IMG/VR virus record: IMGVR_UViG_3300037422_000298
Length of the DNA stretch: 64,000 nucleotides
From: a virus
Taxonomy: Duplodnaviria > Caudoviricetes
Reading direction: 5' to 3' (one strand)
Shown: positions 27,562-35,966 of the stretch, in pieces
Position numbering within the stretch: the first letter of the stretch is position 1
Layout of the letters: every line of letters begins with the position of its first letter
Program-made: the position numbers and the translations under genes
Notes under the pieces: model-generated
The model's database searches: none
What the model saw: the letters and a program-made list of their open reading frames with translations, nothing else
Told to the model about the DNA's origin: nothing

Positions 27562-28089
27562 GTGCTGCAGCGTTTGACACTTGCACTTCCCGAACGCGAG
27601 CGCGTCGCGCTCCGTGACGAAATTCTTCGTCGGTCCCAGCACGTCCCCAGCTACACACGCACGCACGCGACCAATGCTTGGCGTTCCGCGAGCGATTTGC
27701 ACACGTGGCCCACAGCAGCCGTCTTCTGCAACAGTCTCATTCAACTCCTGCAGGCGAGCGCGAGGCTCCCCATTGAACCGAAGACTCTTCGTGCATGGGC
27801 CATCGTTAGTCGTCGAGGTTCAGCACACGGTCGGCACATTCATCCTCAGCGCTTTGCGTGGTCCGGTGTCTACTATCTCGAACCCGGCGGTGCTGACAGC
27901 GCGCGGACCGTGTTCGAGACAGCCGAAGGTCTTGTGCCTATTGCACCCGAACGCGATCTCGCGATCGTTTTCCCCGCCGATTTGTGGCATTCAGTAGAGC
28001 CGCATCCCAACGACGACATGCGCGTCACGATCGCCTTCAATATAGAAGCCAAGCCGGGTTGCGTTGATCGCGCGAGCGATCGGGTGTAG
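27562..28089 (+). CDS. 2OG-Fe(II) oxygenase (TIGR02466-like)
   Basis: HIHP..WSGVYYL, IVFPADLWHSVEP, RVTIAFNI; start uncertain. Confidence 0.85.
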   Translation: MLQRLTLALPERERVALRDEILRRSQHVPSYTRTHATNAWRSASDLHTWPTAAVFCNSLIQLLQASARLPIEPKTLRAWAIVSRRGSAHGRHIHPQRFAWSGVYYLEPGGADSARTVFETAEGLVPIAPERDLAIVFPADLWHSVEPHPNDDMRVTIAFNIEAKPGCVDRASDRV

Positions 28090-28092
28090 GTT
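28065..28092 (+). promoter_or_regulatory. GATC-N8-GATC palindrome followed by -10-like TAGGTT
   Basis: TGATCGCGCGAGCGATCG, exact reverse complement of the copies at 29187 and 31908. Confidence 0.65.
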
Positions 28093-28142
28093 TTGATCTA
28101 CCTCGTCTCGTCAAGAGACCCCGGCCACGGCTAGGAGGACAC

Positions 28143-28538
28143 ATGGGTACGAAAGCTGGAACACTTCTCTGGAACCGTCAGCGGCTCACGCTGGATGCAG
28201 GCCTCACATCGATCGACACCCGTCTGCAGCAGGTCAACAAGAGCTTCGCCGACATGTCGCCGAACGAGCCGCCGCTCGGTGTGACGATCGCACCGCCAGG
28301 GCCACCCGATGGCACACCGCCAGCGTCCCGTATCCAGGTCATTCCCATGTCGCCGATCCCTCTGTGGACGGACATCACGCACGGTGAACCGTTCGTGAAT
28401 CCTGCGACGGGTACCGTCTGGGTGACGTTCAACAACGGCGGCAAGACGCCAGTCGAAATCAATGTCCTGTTCTGGGATCCGCACTCGGCCATCGGCCCCG
28501 GCCAAGCCAGCACGTACAACGTCCTCATCGAGGGCTGA
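28143..28538 (+). CDS. hypothetical (probably virion) protein
   Basis: AGGAGG SD; Pro/Thr/Gly and beta-rich. Confidence 0.75.
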   Translation: MGTKAGTLLWNRQRLTLDAGLTSIDTRLQQVNKSFADMSPNEPPLGVTIAPPGPPDGTPPASRIQVIPMSPIPLWTDITHGEPFVNPATGTVWVTFNNGGKTPVEINVLFWDPHSAIGPGQASTYNVLIEG

Positions 28539-28541
28539 CCG

Positions 28542-29147
28542 TCAGCTCTGCGGCGCGGGCGGTTTTTTCTTCTCCGTGAACGCCGCAAATTTGACGATGC
28601 GCTCGCGTGCGAGCAGCACCCAGTCGACGTACTTGATCGCGGCGACGTTCGCGACGCCTGCGTTCCCAGCAGCATGTCCTGCGAGCGCGCAGCGCAGCCG
28701 TCCCGTGCCTGTGCGGTCTCGGCAACGCTTGTCGTTGAGCCAAGTCGCCAGCTCCTTCGCGCCCGCGCGATAGCCATACGCGACGTCCGTACGCATCCGC
28801 TGGCATTCCGTCCACGAGACGTAGCCGCCCGCCTGTAGCGGACCACAGTACCAACTGGGCCGCGCCTTCGGCGGCGGCTTCGCTGGCGCCCACACACCGG
28901 TCTTTCGTGTGCAGCTTGCCGGATCATCAGACTCGCATTCGAGACGGCTCAACGCGCGTTGATCGAACCGCGACTCGACGTAGGCGACACCAAGCAGTAG
29001 CGTGACTGGATCATCGACGCCCAACTCGTCGAGTTTGTATTCAGCAGCTGCGGCGATGGCCGCCTCGACGTGAATCCGCGCTTGATCCGACGGTAGTTGG
29101 AACGAGATCGCGATGATTGCGGCGATGAGCGCTTCGAGAGTCATCAT
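28542..29147 (-). CDS. secreted lytic-transglycosylase-like protein
   Basis: hydrophobic N-terminus; LLGVAYVESRF catalytic Glu-Ser, CGPLQ, GAKEL, ALAGHAAG. Confidence 0.65.
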   Translation of the reverse strand: MMTLEALIAAIIAISFQLPSDQARIHVEAAIAAAAEYKLDELGVDDPVTLLLGVAYVESRFDQRALSRLECESDDPASCTRKTGVWAPAKPPPKARPSWYCGPLQAGGYVSWTECQRMRTDVAYGYRAGAKELATWLNDKRCRDRTGTGRLRCALAGHAAGNAGVANVAAIKYVDWVLLARERIVKFAAFTEKKKPPAPQS

Positions 29148-29186
29148 GGCCGCGAACCTACTACGAGCGCGTCTGTATGGAAGCGT

Positions 29187-29213
29187 CGATCGCTCGCGCG
29201 ATCATGATAGGCT
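29187..29213 (+). promoter_or_regulatory. GATC-N8-GATC palindrome followed by -10-like TAGGCT
   Basis: CGATCGCTCGCGCGATCA in a divergent intergenic gap. Confidence 0.65.
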
Positions 29214-29219
29214 AAGTGC

Positions 29220-29909
29220 GTGTTGACACTCTCGGCGTGGCCCACGGTGGCTTCTCAACAAGCCGAATTCGACCTCCATCAGCGGTTGAATCGGCTCCCG
29301 TGGTACGCACCGTCGGGTGCGAGTCTCGGCGCTGCCTCGTGGCCACGCATCTGGTCGACGGAAGCTGAAGTAGATCTGCAGTCACGCTTGAGCCGTTTGC
29401 CGTTCTACGCGCCGACAGGGCTCGGCGACATCGTTTCCGACGTTCAAAACCTCCTGCAGCAGCTCCAGTCGGGCGCTCTTGGACAGAAAGCAACCGAGGC
29501 GCTCCAAAAGCTCAACGCGATCATCGATCAAGCCGGGCCGCATCTCGACACCGTCATGCAGCTGCTGCAGGACCCGGCACTTCCGCAGGTGGTCGATCGT
29601 CTCAAGACACTGCAAACAATGTCCGCGACGCCGACGACGCCGACGGACACAACGACACCGACGGAGACAACACCGGCAACTCCACAGCCTACTGCCGCAG
29701 CCAAGCTGGTTCCGGTGCTGGATGCGGCGATCTTTGTCGAGCAGCATCCTGCAGCAAAGTTCGCGCTCGAACACCCAATCCTCGTCGGTGTCGGTGCTGC
29801 TGTCGTGTTAACTGGACTCGGTTTTGGTATCGGCTACGGCGTCTCGCGCGCTCGTGCGAAGCGTACGATGACGCCTGCTGCTTTCGGTCGTCGCTATCGA
29901 CGACGTTAA
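29220..29909 (+). CDS. membrane protein with tandem N-terminal repeat and FG-Arg tail
   Basis: WP...AE.DL..RL.RLP.YAP..(S)LG twice; TM ILVGVGAAVVLTGLGFGIGYGV; ends FGRRYRRR. Confidence 0.75.
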   Translation: MLTLSAWPTVASQQAEFDLHQRLNRLPWYAPSGASLGAASWPRIWSTEAEVDLQSRLSRLPFYAPTGLGDIVSDVQNLLQQLQSGALGQKATEALQKLNAIIDQAGPHLDTVMQLLQDPALPQVVDRLKTLQTMSATPTTPTDTTTPTETTPATPQPTAAAKLVPVLDAAIFVEQHPAAKFALEHPILVGVGAAVVLTGLGFGIGYGVSRARAKRTMTPAAFGRRYRRR

Positions 29910-30217
29910 GTTCCGCGCGTTCGCGTACGCGGCGGAGGCGGTGGTAGCAGCGCTGCATCAATTGCAGGCGTCGACGTCGACGGCGCGATCGACGGATCAG
30001 CAATCACAGCGACATCGTCGGCCGCCTCGAAGAACTTGATGATCTCGTGCGCCTGTTCGTAAGAGACCTCGACGAACGCACGTTGTTGAACAGCCCAGCG
30101 TTGCGCGAACACGATCCGATACTTCTGCGTCGTGGGGATCCGAACGAGATCGAGGCTGTGGTACGGCGAGAGGTGGATGATCAAGACGTCGGGGCTGGGA
30201 CGTTCGATCTCCGCCAT
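29906..30217 (-). CDS. hypothetical protein
   Basis: ATG 4 bp after the upstream stop; protein-like composition. Confidence 0.6.
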   Translation of the reverse strand: MAEIERPSPDVLIIHLSPYHSLDLVRIPTTQKYRIVFAQRWAVQQRAFVEVSYEQAHEIIKFFEAADDVAVIADPSIAPSTSTPAIDAALLPPPPPRTRTRGT

Positions 30218-30221
30218 GTGC

Positions 30222-30545
30222 TCACAGCAGTGGCGCGATGGTTGCCGTAACAGGTCCCGTGATCGCGACTGGACACACACCCGTGACGATGACTTGTTCA
30301 CCCGTCGGCATCCGGATCGTGAACTGACAGTTGTTGGTCGGCTGCACGACGACGACTTCAGGGCCGTATCCGTAGTAGTTGGGCCACCAACCACCGCCAC
30401 GGCGCCAACCCCCACCACGACGCCAGCCGCCGCCGTGATGATGTCCACCGCCGCCATGGCGCCAACCGCCACCGCGTCCTCCTCCGCCGCCTCCGCCGCG
30501 TCCGCCGCCTCCTCCACGTGGTCCGCTCAATGTCACCGCCAGCAT
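30222..30545 (-). CDS. Gly/Arg-rich (RGG-like) protein
   Basis: AAAGGA SD; GGGWRR repeats. Confidence 0.65.
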   Translation of the reverse strand: MLAVTLSGPRGGGGGRGGGGGGGRGGGWRHGGGGHHHGGGWRRGGGWRRGGGWWPNYYGYGPEVVVVQPTNNCQFTIRMPTGEQVIVTGVCPVAITGPVTATIAPLL

Positions 30546-30567
30546 ATCGTGATCCTTTCGTGGAACG

Positions 30568-31011
30568 TTAGGTGCCGATCGCGCCCGGGACTTCGACGTC
30601 GAGGAAACAGACGCCTGCTACTGCCTGCGACGTGATCTGCAGGATGGCGTTTCCAACGCCGTCTTCGCTGGCGGTAATGACCCACCCAGGAGTCGCGCCC
30701 GAGTTCGGCGTGAGGATACAACGCGCCATCGGCGTCTTCTCGTTGCCGAAGTTCGACGGTGGGAACCACGCGGACAGCCACAGAGCGCGTGCTTGCACGG
30801 CCGTGAGTCCGCCAGGCCCGCACTTGCCGTAGCCGTCTTGACGCGCTCGCGCGATCTTCTTGATCGGTCCGGCAAGCGAGTCGGTCAGGAGATCGGGCGT
30901 GGGCGCGCCTGTCGTGGTGATTGTTGCTGTAGTGCCTGCCAGGCCGTCTTGCGTCAGACGGTAGGTCAAGCGGTTCTTTCCTTGGAACGCCAATACAACC
31001 GCGATCGCCAT
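30568..31011 (-). CDS. putative virion protein, paralog 1
   Basis: NRLTY.L.QDG.AGTT..IT.TGA..PDLLTD shared with 31383..31841. Confidence 0.8.
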   Translation of the reverse strand: MAIAVVLAFQGKNRLTYRLTQDGLAGTTATITTTGAPTPDLLTDSLAGPIKKIARARQDGYGKCGPGGLTAVQARALWLSAWFPPSNFGNEKTPMARCILTPNSGATPGWVITASEDGVGNAILQITSQAVAGVCFLDVEVPGAIGT

Positions 31012-31020
31012 CGAGGGCTC

Positions 31021-31374
31021 CTATGCTGCAAGAGTGTGCCGGAATTCGAGCGCGACGATCGCCGTCGCGCCTGGTTCGGCCATGATTTTGAGCGCGACAG
31101 CCGCGCCTTCGGACTCGGCTCCGACAGCGACACGCTCGAACGACTGCGGCGTGACAAACGCGCGCATTGATGGATTGCACAGCAGGTAGCGGCAAGCCGC
31201 TTCCGCATCGGCGATCCGTACGCCGCGTTCGATGTACTTCCGCAGTGGGCCGTTCACCGTGTCGCGCACGAGATCGTCACGGCTCAACACGATCGCGCCG
31301 CCTTCTCGATCGGCGACCACGCTGTACTTGAGCAAGTTCGGGGTCGCGCCTTCACGATTGATTTTCAGGGCCAT
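31021..31374 (-). CDS. putative virion protein, divergent paralog
   Basis: AGGAG SD; N.L.Y...D...DL..D..GPLRK pattern aligns with neighbours. Confidence 0.7.
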   Translation of the reverse strand: MALKINREGATPNLLKYSVVADREGGAIVLSRDDLVRDTVNGPLRKYIERGVRIADAEAACRYLLCNPSMRAFVTPQSFERVAVGAESEGAAVALKIMAEPGATAIVALEFRHTLAA

Positions 31375-31382
31375 GGTCGCTC

Positions 31383-31841
31383 CTATACTCCGTCCACGCC
31401 GGGCACGAACACGTCGAGGTAGGCCTGCGCCGCGAGCGGCGGACCGACGATCGCAAGCAGCATGTTGCTGCCCGACACGTTGGCGTCGACCAACCAGGGT
31501 GCCCCCTGCCCGACACGATCGGTGACTTCGGCGCGCGCTGTGGGGAAAGCGCCGGAGTTTGCGGGCGTCGAGCCTGACGGCGACGCGCCGGAGTAGTCCG
31601 ATAGCAGAATCGCGCGAGCTTTCGCTTGGGTCATCGGCGTCGCAATCCTGCCGTAGCCGAGCGTGTTGGCCTTGGCGATGTTGCGGAGCGCCCCGACGCG
31701 ACCGGCGGTGTCGGTCAACAGATCCGGCGACGCCGCCCCCGTGGCCGTGATGTTGAGCGTGGTACCTGCAGCGCCGTCCTGGTTCAGGAGGTATGTCAGG
31801 CGATTGCCGGTAGCGCGAACGAGTGTCGCTGTGACAGCCAT
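31383..31841 (-). CDS. putative virion protein, paralog 2
   Basis: clear end-to-end similarity to 30568..31011. Confidence 0.8.
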   Translation of the reverse strand: MAVTATLVRATGNRLTYLLNQDGAAGTTLNITATGAASPDLLTDTAGRVGALRNIAKANTLGYGRIATPMTQAKARAILLSDYSGASPSGSTPANSGAFPTARAEVTDRVGQGAPWLVDANVSGSNMLLAIVGPPLAAQAYLDVFVPGVDGV

Positions 31842-31907
31842 TTGAATCCCTTCCTTGCCGTAAACCGGACCCGGAATTTCCGAGCGAGGTACTGTAGACG
31901 GTACCCG

Positions 31908-31927
31908 CGATCGCTCGCGCGATCAAC
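31908..31927. promoter_or_regulatory. GATC-N8-GATC palindrome in a divergent intergenic region
   Basis: CGATCGCTCGCGCGATCAAC, 20/20 identical to the reverse complement of 28063..28082. Confidence 0.65.
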
Positions 31928-31984
31928 TCGCTTCCCGTGCGCGATCAGTGGTATGGATAGGTCAAGCTCGAAGAAAGGGACGCT

Positions 31985-32242
31985 ATGGCGAAGAGTAGAA
32001 GGCGCCGTCGGTGGATTGGCGCGAAGCGTGGCAAGTCGGCTTACTGCCGAACACTCACCGCAAGTGACTGTGCGGTGAAGATCGGTGGCCGGAAGTACAA
32101 GGGCAAGGGTCGCTACTGCCCCGTCGGCAAGATCAAAGTCTGCCCATTCCGGCGCGGTCGCAAGACGACCTACAAAGCGCTCGGTCCCAAGGGCAAACTG
32201 AGGACCCTGCGCAAGGTGTCTCGTCGGCGTCGTCGACGGTAG
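31985..32242 (+). CDS. very basic small protein with Arg tracts at both ends
   Basis: MAKSRRRRRWIG...VSRRRRRR, 4 Cys. Confidence 0.75.
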   Translation: MAKSRRRRRWIGAKRGKSAYCRTLTASDCAVKIGGRKYKGKGRYCPVGKIKVCPFRRGRKTTYKALGPKGKLRTLRKVSRRRRRR

Positions 32243-32251
32243 GTCACGGCC

Positions 32252-32644
32252 ATGGCGGAGTCGCAATACGAGTACGAGATCCGCGAAATCCGGCGAGCAC
32301 AGCGCAGAGCGGACGAGGTCCGTAATGCGCCGCTCGCTGATCGTCGAGAAGCGCAAGCTGCATTCTTCGACGCGATTCGCGATCAACCGGATCACGTTGG
32401 CGACGTCGTTGGCTGGTTGCTCAATGGCAGCTACGGCTACGGCGAGCAGCAACTTGCCTTGCGCATACTCAACAGCCCTCGCATGAATCGCGTCGCCGCG
32501 CTCACGCAGATGGCTGCCGTCTTCGAGTGGCAGTGCCCAGAGGATCGGGCACGGCAAGCATGGAAGCGACTGACCGCACCCGAGAAGGCGCAGCTCGCGT
32601 ACGCAGTCCAAGACGCGATCCGCGATGCTGAAGAAGAGGCCTGA
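32252..32644 (+). CDS. hypothetical helical protein
   Basis: operon position, SD-like AGGT. Confidence 0.7.
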   Translation: MAESQYEYEIREIRRAQRRADEVRNAPLADRREAQAAFFDAIRDQPDHVGDVVGWLLNGSYGYGEQQLALRILNSPRMNRVAALTQMAAVFEWQCPEDRARQAWKRLTAPEKAQLAYAVQDAIRDAEEEA

Positions 32645-32874
32645 TGAAGAGACGTTGGAAAGCGGCGGGTCCACTCGGGCCGGGCGCTTACCACCGACGC
32701 TTCGGTAGCTGCCTACTTGTGGTCGGACGACTGCAGGGCGATAGCAGTGGTACACGCGCGCGATGGGCGATTCGCAGCAAGGATCTAGTTCAGCTACTGG
32801 ATACGGGAACTGCCAGAACGGAGCGCGCTGCGAAGGCAACGGCAGTCTCTCGTGCGCGACGGTTCTGCAAATGA
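32644..32874 (+). CDS. small basic hypothetical protein
   Basis: TGATG coupling. Confidence 0.55.
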   Translation: MKRRWKAAGPLGPGAYHRRFGSCLLVVGRLQGDSSGTRARWAIRSKDLVQLLDTGTARTERAAKATAVSRARRFCK

Positions 32875-32922
32875 GAGACACGTATTGCGCGTTGCGCGCG
32901 GTCCAAGTTTTCGGCAGATCGC

Positions 32923-33501
32923 CTAGCCGTTGTTCTTCGCGCCGAACGATGTCGGCACGAACATATCCGCGAGCGTGCGCGGGTAGACAACAACTGGCGT
33001 TCCCTGCTGAGCACGCTCGGCGACGACCACGCACGCCTGGCGCAACGTTCGACATACCGGCACCTGCGGATATGACAGTGTCAAGCGGCGCTGCAGGTAC
33101 GGGCCGCCTGTGAAACCGCGCTCGATGCCGACGACAAGCCGCGCGAGGCCCGCCCCAGCTTTCGTGACCCATTCGCCCAGCTCGAACCGTTGTTGTGCTG
33201 CGAACGTGCTGTCGCAGCGATGCTTAGTTTCTTTTGCGAGCCAGAACAGAATCGCGCCGTCGCGAGCGGCGCGTTCACTGAAGGCCTGCTCCCAGGTCAT
33301 GTGCAGTTCAGGACCGCCTGCGAAGTTGCGCCCGCGCGCGGACGCAACGTGCAAATCAGGCGCGACTTCACCAAGGATAGCGATCGCTTCGGCCTGCCAG
33401 TTGCCGGTGCCCTTGATGGGACCGTTCAGGTAGACAAGCGGACCCTCGATCTGGTTCACAGCGTCGAGATGGGTCGGCGCCGTGATGATCTGGCGCGGCA
33501 T
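32923..33501 (-). CDS. nucleoside 2-deoxyribosyltransferase-like protein
   Basis: VYLNGPI...NWQ, WE, ILFW, FELGEW pattern. Confidence 0.7.
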   Translation of the reverse strand: MPRQIITAPTHLDAVNQIEGPLVYLNGPIKGTGNWQAEAIAILGEVAPDLHVASARGRNFAGGPELHMTWEQAFSERAARDGAILFWLAKETKHRCDSTFAAQQRFELGEWVTKAGAGLARLVVGIERGFTGGPYLQRRLTLSYPQVPVCRTLRQACVVVAERAQQGTPVVVYPRTLADMFVPTSFGAKNNG

Positions 33502-33528
33502 CCCTACATGATACCATCCTAGACCACG

Positions 33529-34158
33529 ATGCTCGCGCAGCAGTACACACCCGGTTTCGGCGGTGATCTCTACGACGTCGAGCCATACCAACAGCTCGAA
33601 AAGTATTCGTGTGGGGCTGCTGCGTTCAAGGCAGTCGCACAACACTGGGGCGATCGCATCGACGAGCGGACACTCATCAAAGAGATCGGCATCGATCCGG
33701 AAGCGGGCTCCACCGCGGGTCAAGTTGCCGACGCTGCACAACGACGCGGCTATCCAGCACTCGTGCACCAGTTCTCGTCGATCGACGAGCTAGGACGGTA
33801 CACGGCACGCGACATCCCGGTGATCGTCGCGATTCGCAGCTTCATACGACCGAACCAAGGTCACTTCGTCGTCGCTACGAAGGTCACGCCGACCGACGTC
33901 CACGTCATGGATCCCAACGTTCGAGGAAACCGCCGCACGATTCCGCGTCCCGACATGGTCCGGCGTTGGCGCTTTCGTGAAAACGTCGGCGTCATCATCC
34001 TGCCACGGCGCAGGCGTACGACGCTCGGACAAGACACGAGCACGCCAAAGAAGCTCGAAGGCAAGCAGATCTTCGCGCTCGCGACGGCCGGACTGTTCGT
34101 CGCAATCACGGCCGTGAGTGCAGGAATCGCGATCTATCGTCGGCGCAAAGCGAGCTAG
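33529..34158 (+). CDS. C39-like cysteine peptidase with C-terminal membrane anchor
   Basis: YQQ...YSCGAAA (Gln/Cys), GHFVV (His), VMDPN (Asp); TM IFALATAGLFVAITAVSAGIAIY followed by RRRK. Confidence 0.88.
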   Translation: MLAQQYTPGFGGDLYDVEPYQQLEKYSCGAAAFKAVAQHWGDRIDERTLIKEIGIDPEAGSTAGQVADAAQRRGYPALVHQFSSIDELGRYTARDIPVIVAIRSFIRPNQGHFVVATKVTPTDVHVMDPNVRGNRRTIPRPDMVRRWRFRENVGVIILPRRRRTTLGQDTSTPKKLEGKQIFALATAGLFVAITAVSAGIAIYRRRKAS

Positions 34159-34308
34159 GCCCAGCGCGGCGCGCCACGCCCGGCGATGATCCAGTTGCGC
34201 GGGTTTCCGTTCGAGCGCGTCTTGCCTGGAAACCAGACAAACCAACGACAGCCTCCGCGGCGCACGCAACAGTGCGCGAGCATGGCCATGTCCGAATGCG
34301 GCTGCACA

Positions 34309-35163
34309 CTACCAGCGTAGCGCGGCGCGTTCCGAGTCGTTGAGCCGGTTCCACATCTTGAGATCGTCGTCGGTGAGCCGCGTCTCCTGCTTGTAGCTGC
34401 GACCCTGACGGCACTGCTTGATCTTCTGCTCGCGATAGTAGATTCGGACGCCGTCCTTCACTTCGCTATACAGCTCGGCCTTCTCGATCGCGAGCAGCTT
34501 CTCCGGTCTGCTGACGGCGACGCGCTTGGTCGCCTCGCGATGCTCGGTCTGTTTGCAAAGCAAGCCGCGACTCCAGCGGCGATTGCTGTAGTAACCGCAC
34601 TCGCGCCACGCAGCGTCTGCAGGCACCATCCAGAACAGCGTCGTGCCGTAGTCCATCACGCGACGTCCAGCAACCCAGCCGTTGATCTCGTCCGCGCTCG
34701 GATGGCTGCGATCTCGATAGCGCGCCCTGCGATTCCAGCTGTTGTGCGGGTGCAACCGCAAGATCCCGTGCGGGTCAACGTAGAAGTTGCCCCAATAGCG
34801 CTCGCGCGCATCCGTTGGCTGCAGCGTGACGTCGCTCAGCAGGTGACTGAACACGACGTGGCGACCTGCAACGGTGCGTGTGTCGAACTTTGCTACCAGC
34901 TCGGCGTAGATCTTGTGCCACGCGCGACCGACCTGCGACTTCAGCCAGCGATACATCGGGCTGAGCTTGTCTCGGAAGTCTTTGCCGACCTTCTTGCGCT
35001 TGGGCGCGACGTCGGCGTCGTCGGTGTCGGTCAGGTTCGCCACGTCGTGACAGAACGCGCGCGACTGCGCCCGATGCATCTCGTTCGACGCGTAGCGCTC
35101 GCGCTTGTTGTACGAACCACGACCGCCCTCGATCACGGTACGCGATAGATCCTTCGTCGCCAT
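34309..35163 (-). CDS. hypothetical protein
   Basis: AAGGGG SD, CTCTTGAC promoter-like box upstream, 284 codons. Confidence 0.75.
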   Translation of the reverse strand: MATKDLSRTVIEGGRGSYNKRERYASNEMHRAQSRAFCHDVANLTDTDDADVAPKRKKVGKDFRDKLSPMYRWLKSQVGRAWHKIYAELVAKFDTRTVAGRHVVFSHLLSDVTLQPTDARERYWGNFYVDPHGILRLHPHNSWNRRARYRDRSHPSADEINGWVAGRRVMDYGTTLFWMVPADAAWRECGYYSNRRWSRGLLCKQTEHREATKRVAVSRPEKLLAIEKAELYSEVKDGVRIYYREQKIKQCRQGRSYKQETRLTDDDLKMWNRLNDSERAALRW

Positions 35164-35243
35164 GCGATGCCCCTTGTAACAGTATCCCCAGAAACTAGTC
35201 AAGAGTTACTTGCTTCATGTGGTTGCGACACGGCTGCGACAGG

Positions 35244-35591
35244 TCACACCGTCGCTTCTACAGCGTGCTGCCGACCGCCGTACGTTTTCGCATTGCGCGC
35301 ACGTTGCTGGATCATCTCGATCTGCGTGAGCAGGTCGTGGACTTCACCGGGCGCGAGCGTCACGGTACCAAAGCCCTTGATGCGCAGCTCCAGCTCGGGC
35401 ACGAGTTGGTCTCCGTACGCGGCGTTCTTTTCGGCAGCCATACGCAGCTCGCCGTGCTTGATTGCGAATCGGTGCCGGTCGTCGGCAGGATCATCGTCAT
35501 CCGATCCGGCCCGCGCGTCGTCGGCAATACGGATACGAACACTCGCGCGAACCGGCATGAATTCTTGTTTGGTCTTTCGCTTGATCATCAT
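35244..35591 (-). CDS. hypothetical protein
   Basis: member of a tightly packed minus-strand run; GGAGG SD. Confidence 0.65.
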   Translation of the reverse strand: MMIKRKTKQEFMPVRASVRIRIADDARAGSDDDDPADDRHRFAIKHGELRMAAEKNAAYGDQLVPELELRIKGFGTVTLAPGEVHDLLTQIEMIQQRARNAKTYGGRQHAVEATV

Positions 35592-35594
35592 GGT

Positions 35595-35966
35595 CTAGCC
35601 CTCCAGCTCGTGCTTGCGTGTCGTGGTCTCGCCAGTCGCGACGTCCTTGCGAACGAATTCCAGGCCGTCGACGGAAAGTGTCAGCCCGAAGTACTCGCAG
35701 ATCATCTTGACCTCGGCTGCCGATGCAGGCGTGCACGTACGCTTGCCCTTGTAGCAAAGCGGCACGAGGAAGCCGTGCGTATCGACTTTGATCGGCCGCG
35801 TGCTGTCGAGGTAGAGAATCCCGTCGTCGGTTGAATCGGGCGTGTTGCCTGAATCGTCGGCGACCGCGATCAGGCCCGTCTGTTCCTCTCGGAAGAACTG
35901 ATGCCCGCGTGGTGCACGAAACAGAAACTCCCACTGGTGGCGAAACTTGGTCTTGGTCTTGATCAC
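35595..35966 (-). CDS. hypothetical protein
   Basis: 4-bp overlap with upstream gene. Confidence 0.65.
   Translation of the reverse strand: MIKTKTKFRHQWEFLFRAPRGHQFFREEQTGLIAVADDSGNTPDSTDDGILYLDSTRPIKVDTHGFLVPLCYKGKRTCTPASAAEVKMICEYFGLTLSVDGLEFVRKDVATGETTTRKHELEG

Noticed and set aside
21718-32242. Arg tracts as Tat signal peptides or eukaryotic nuclear localisation signals
   Set aside because: No hydrophobic h-region follows the RR motifs and many tracts are C-terminal; operons, SD sites and sigma70-like promoters indicate a bacterial host.
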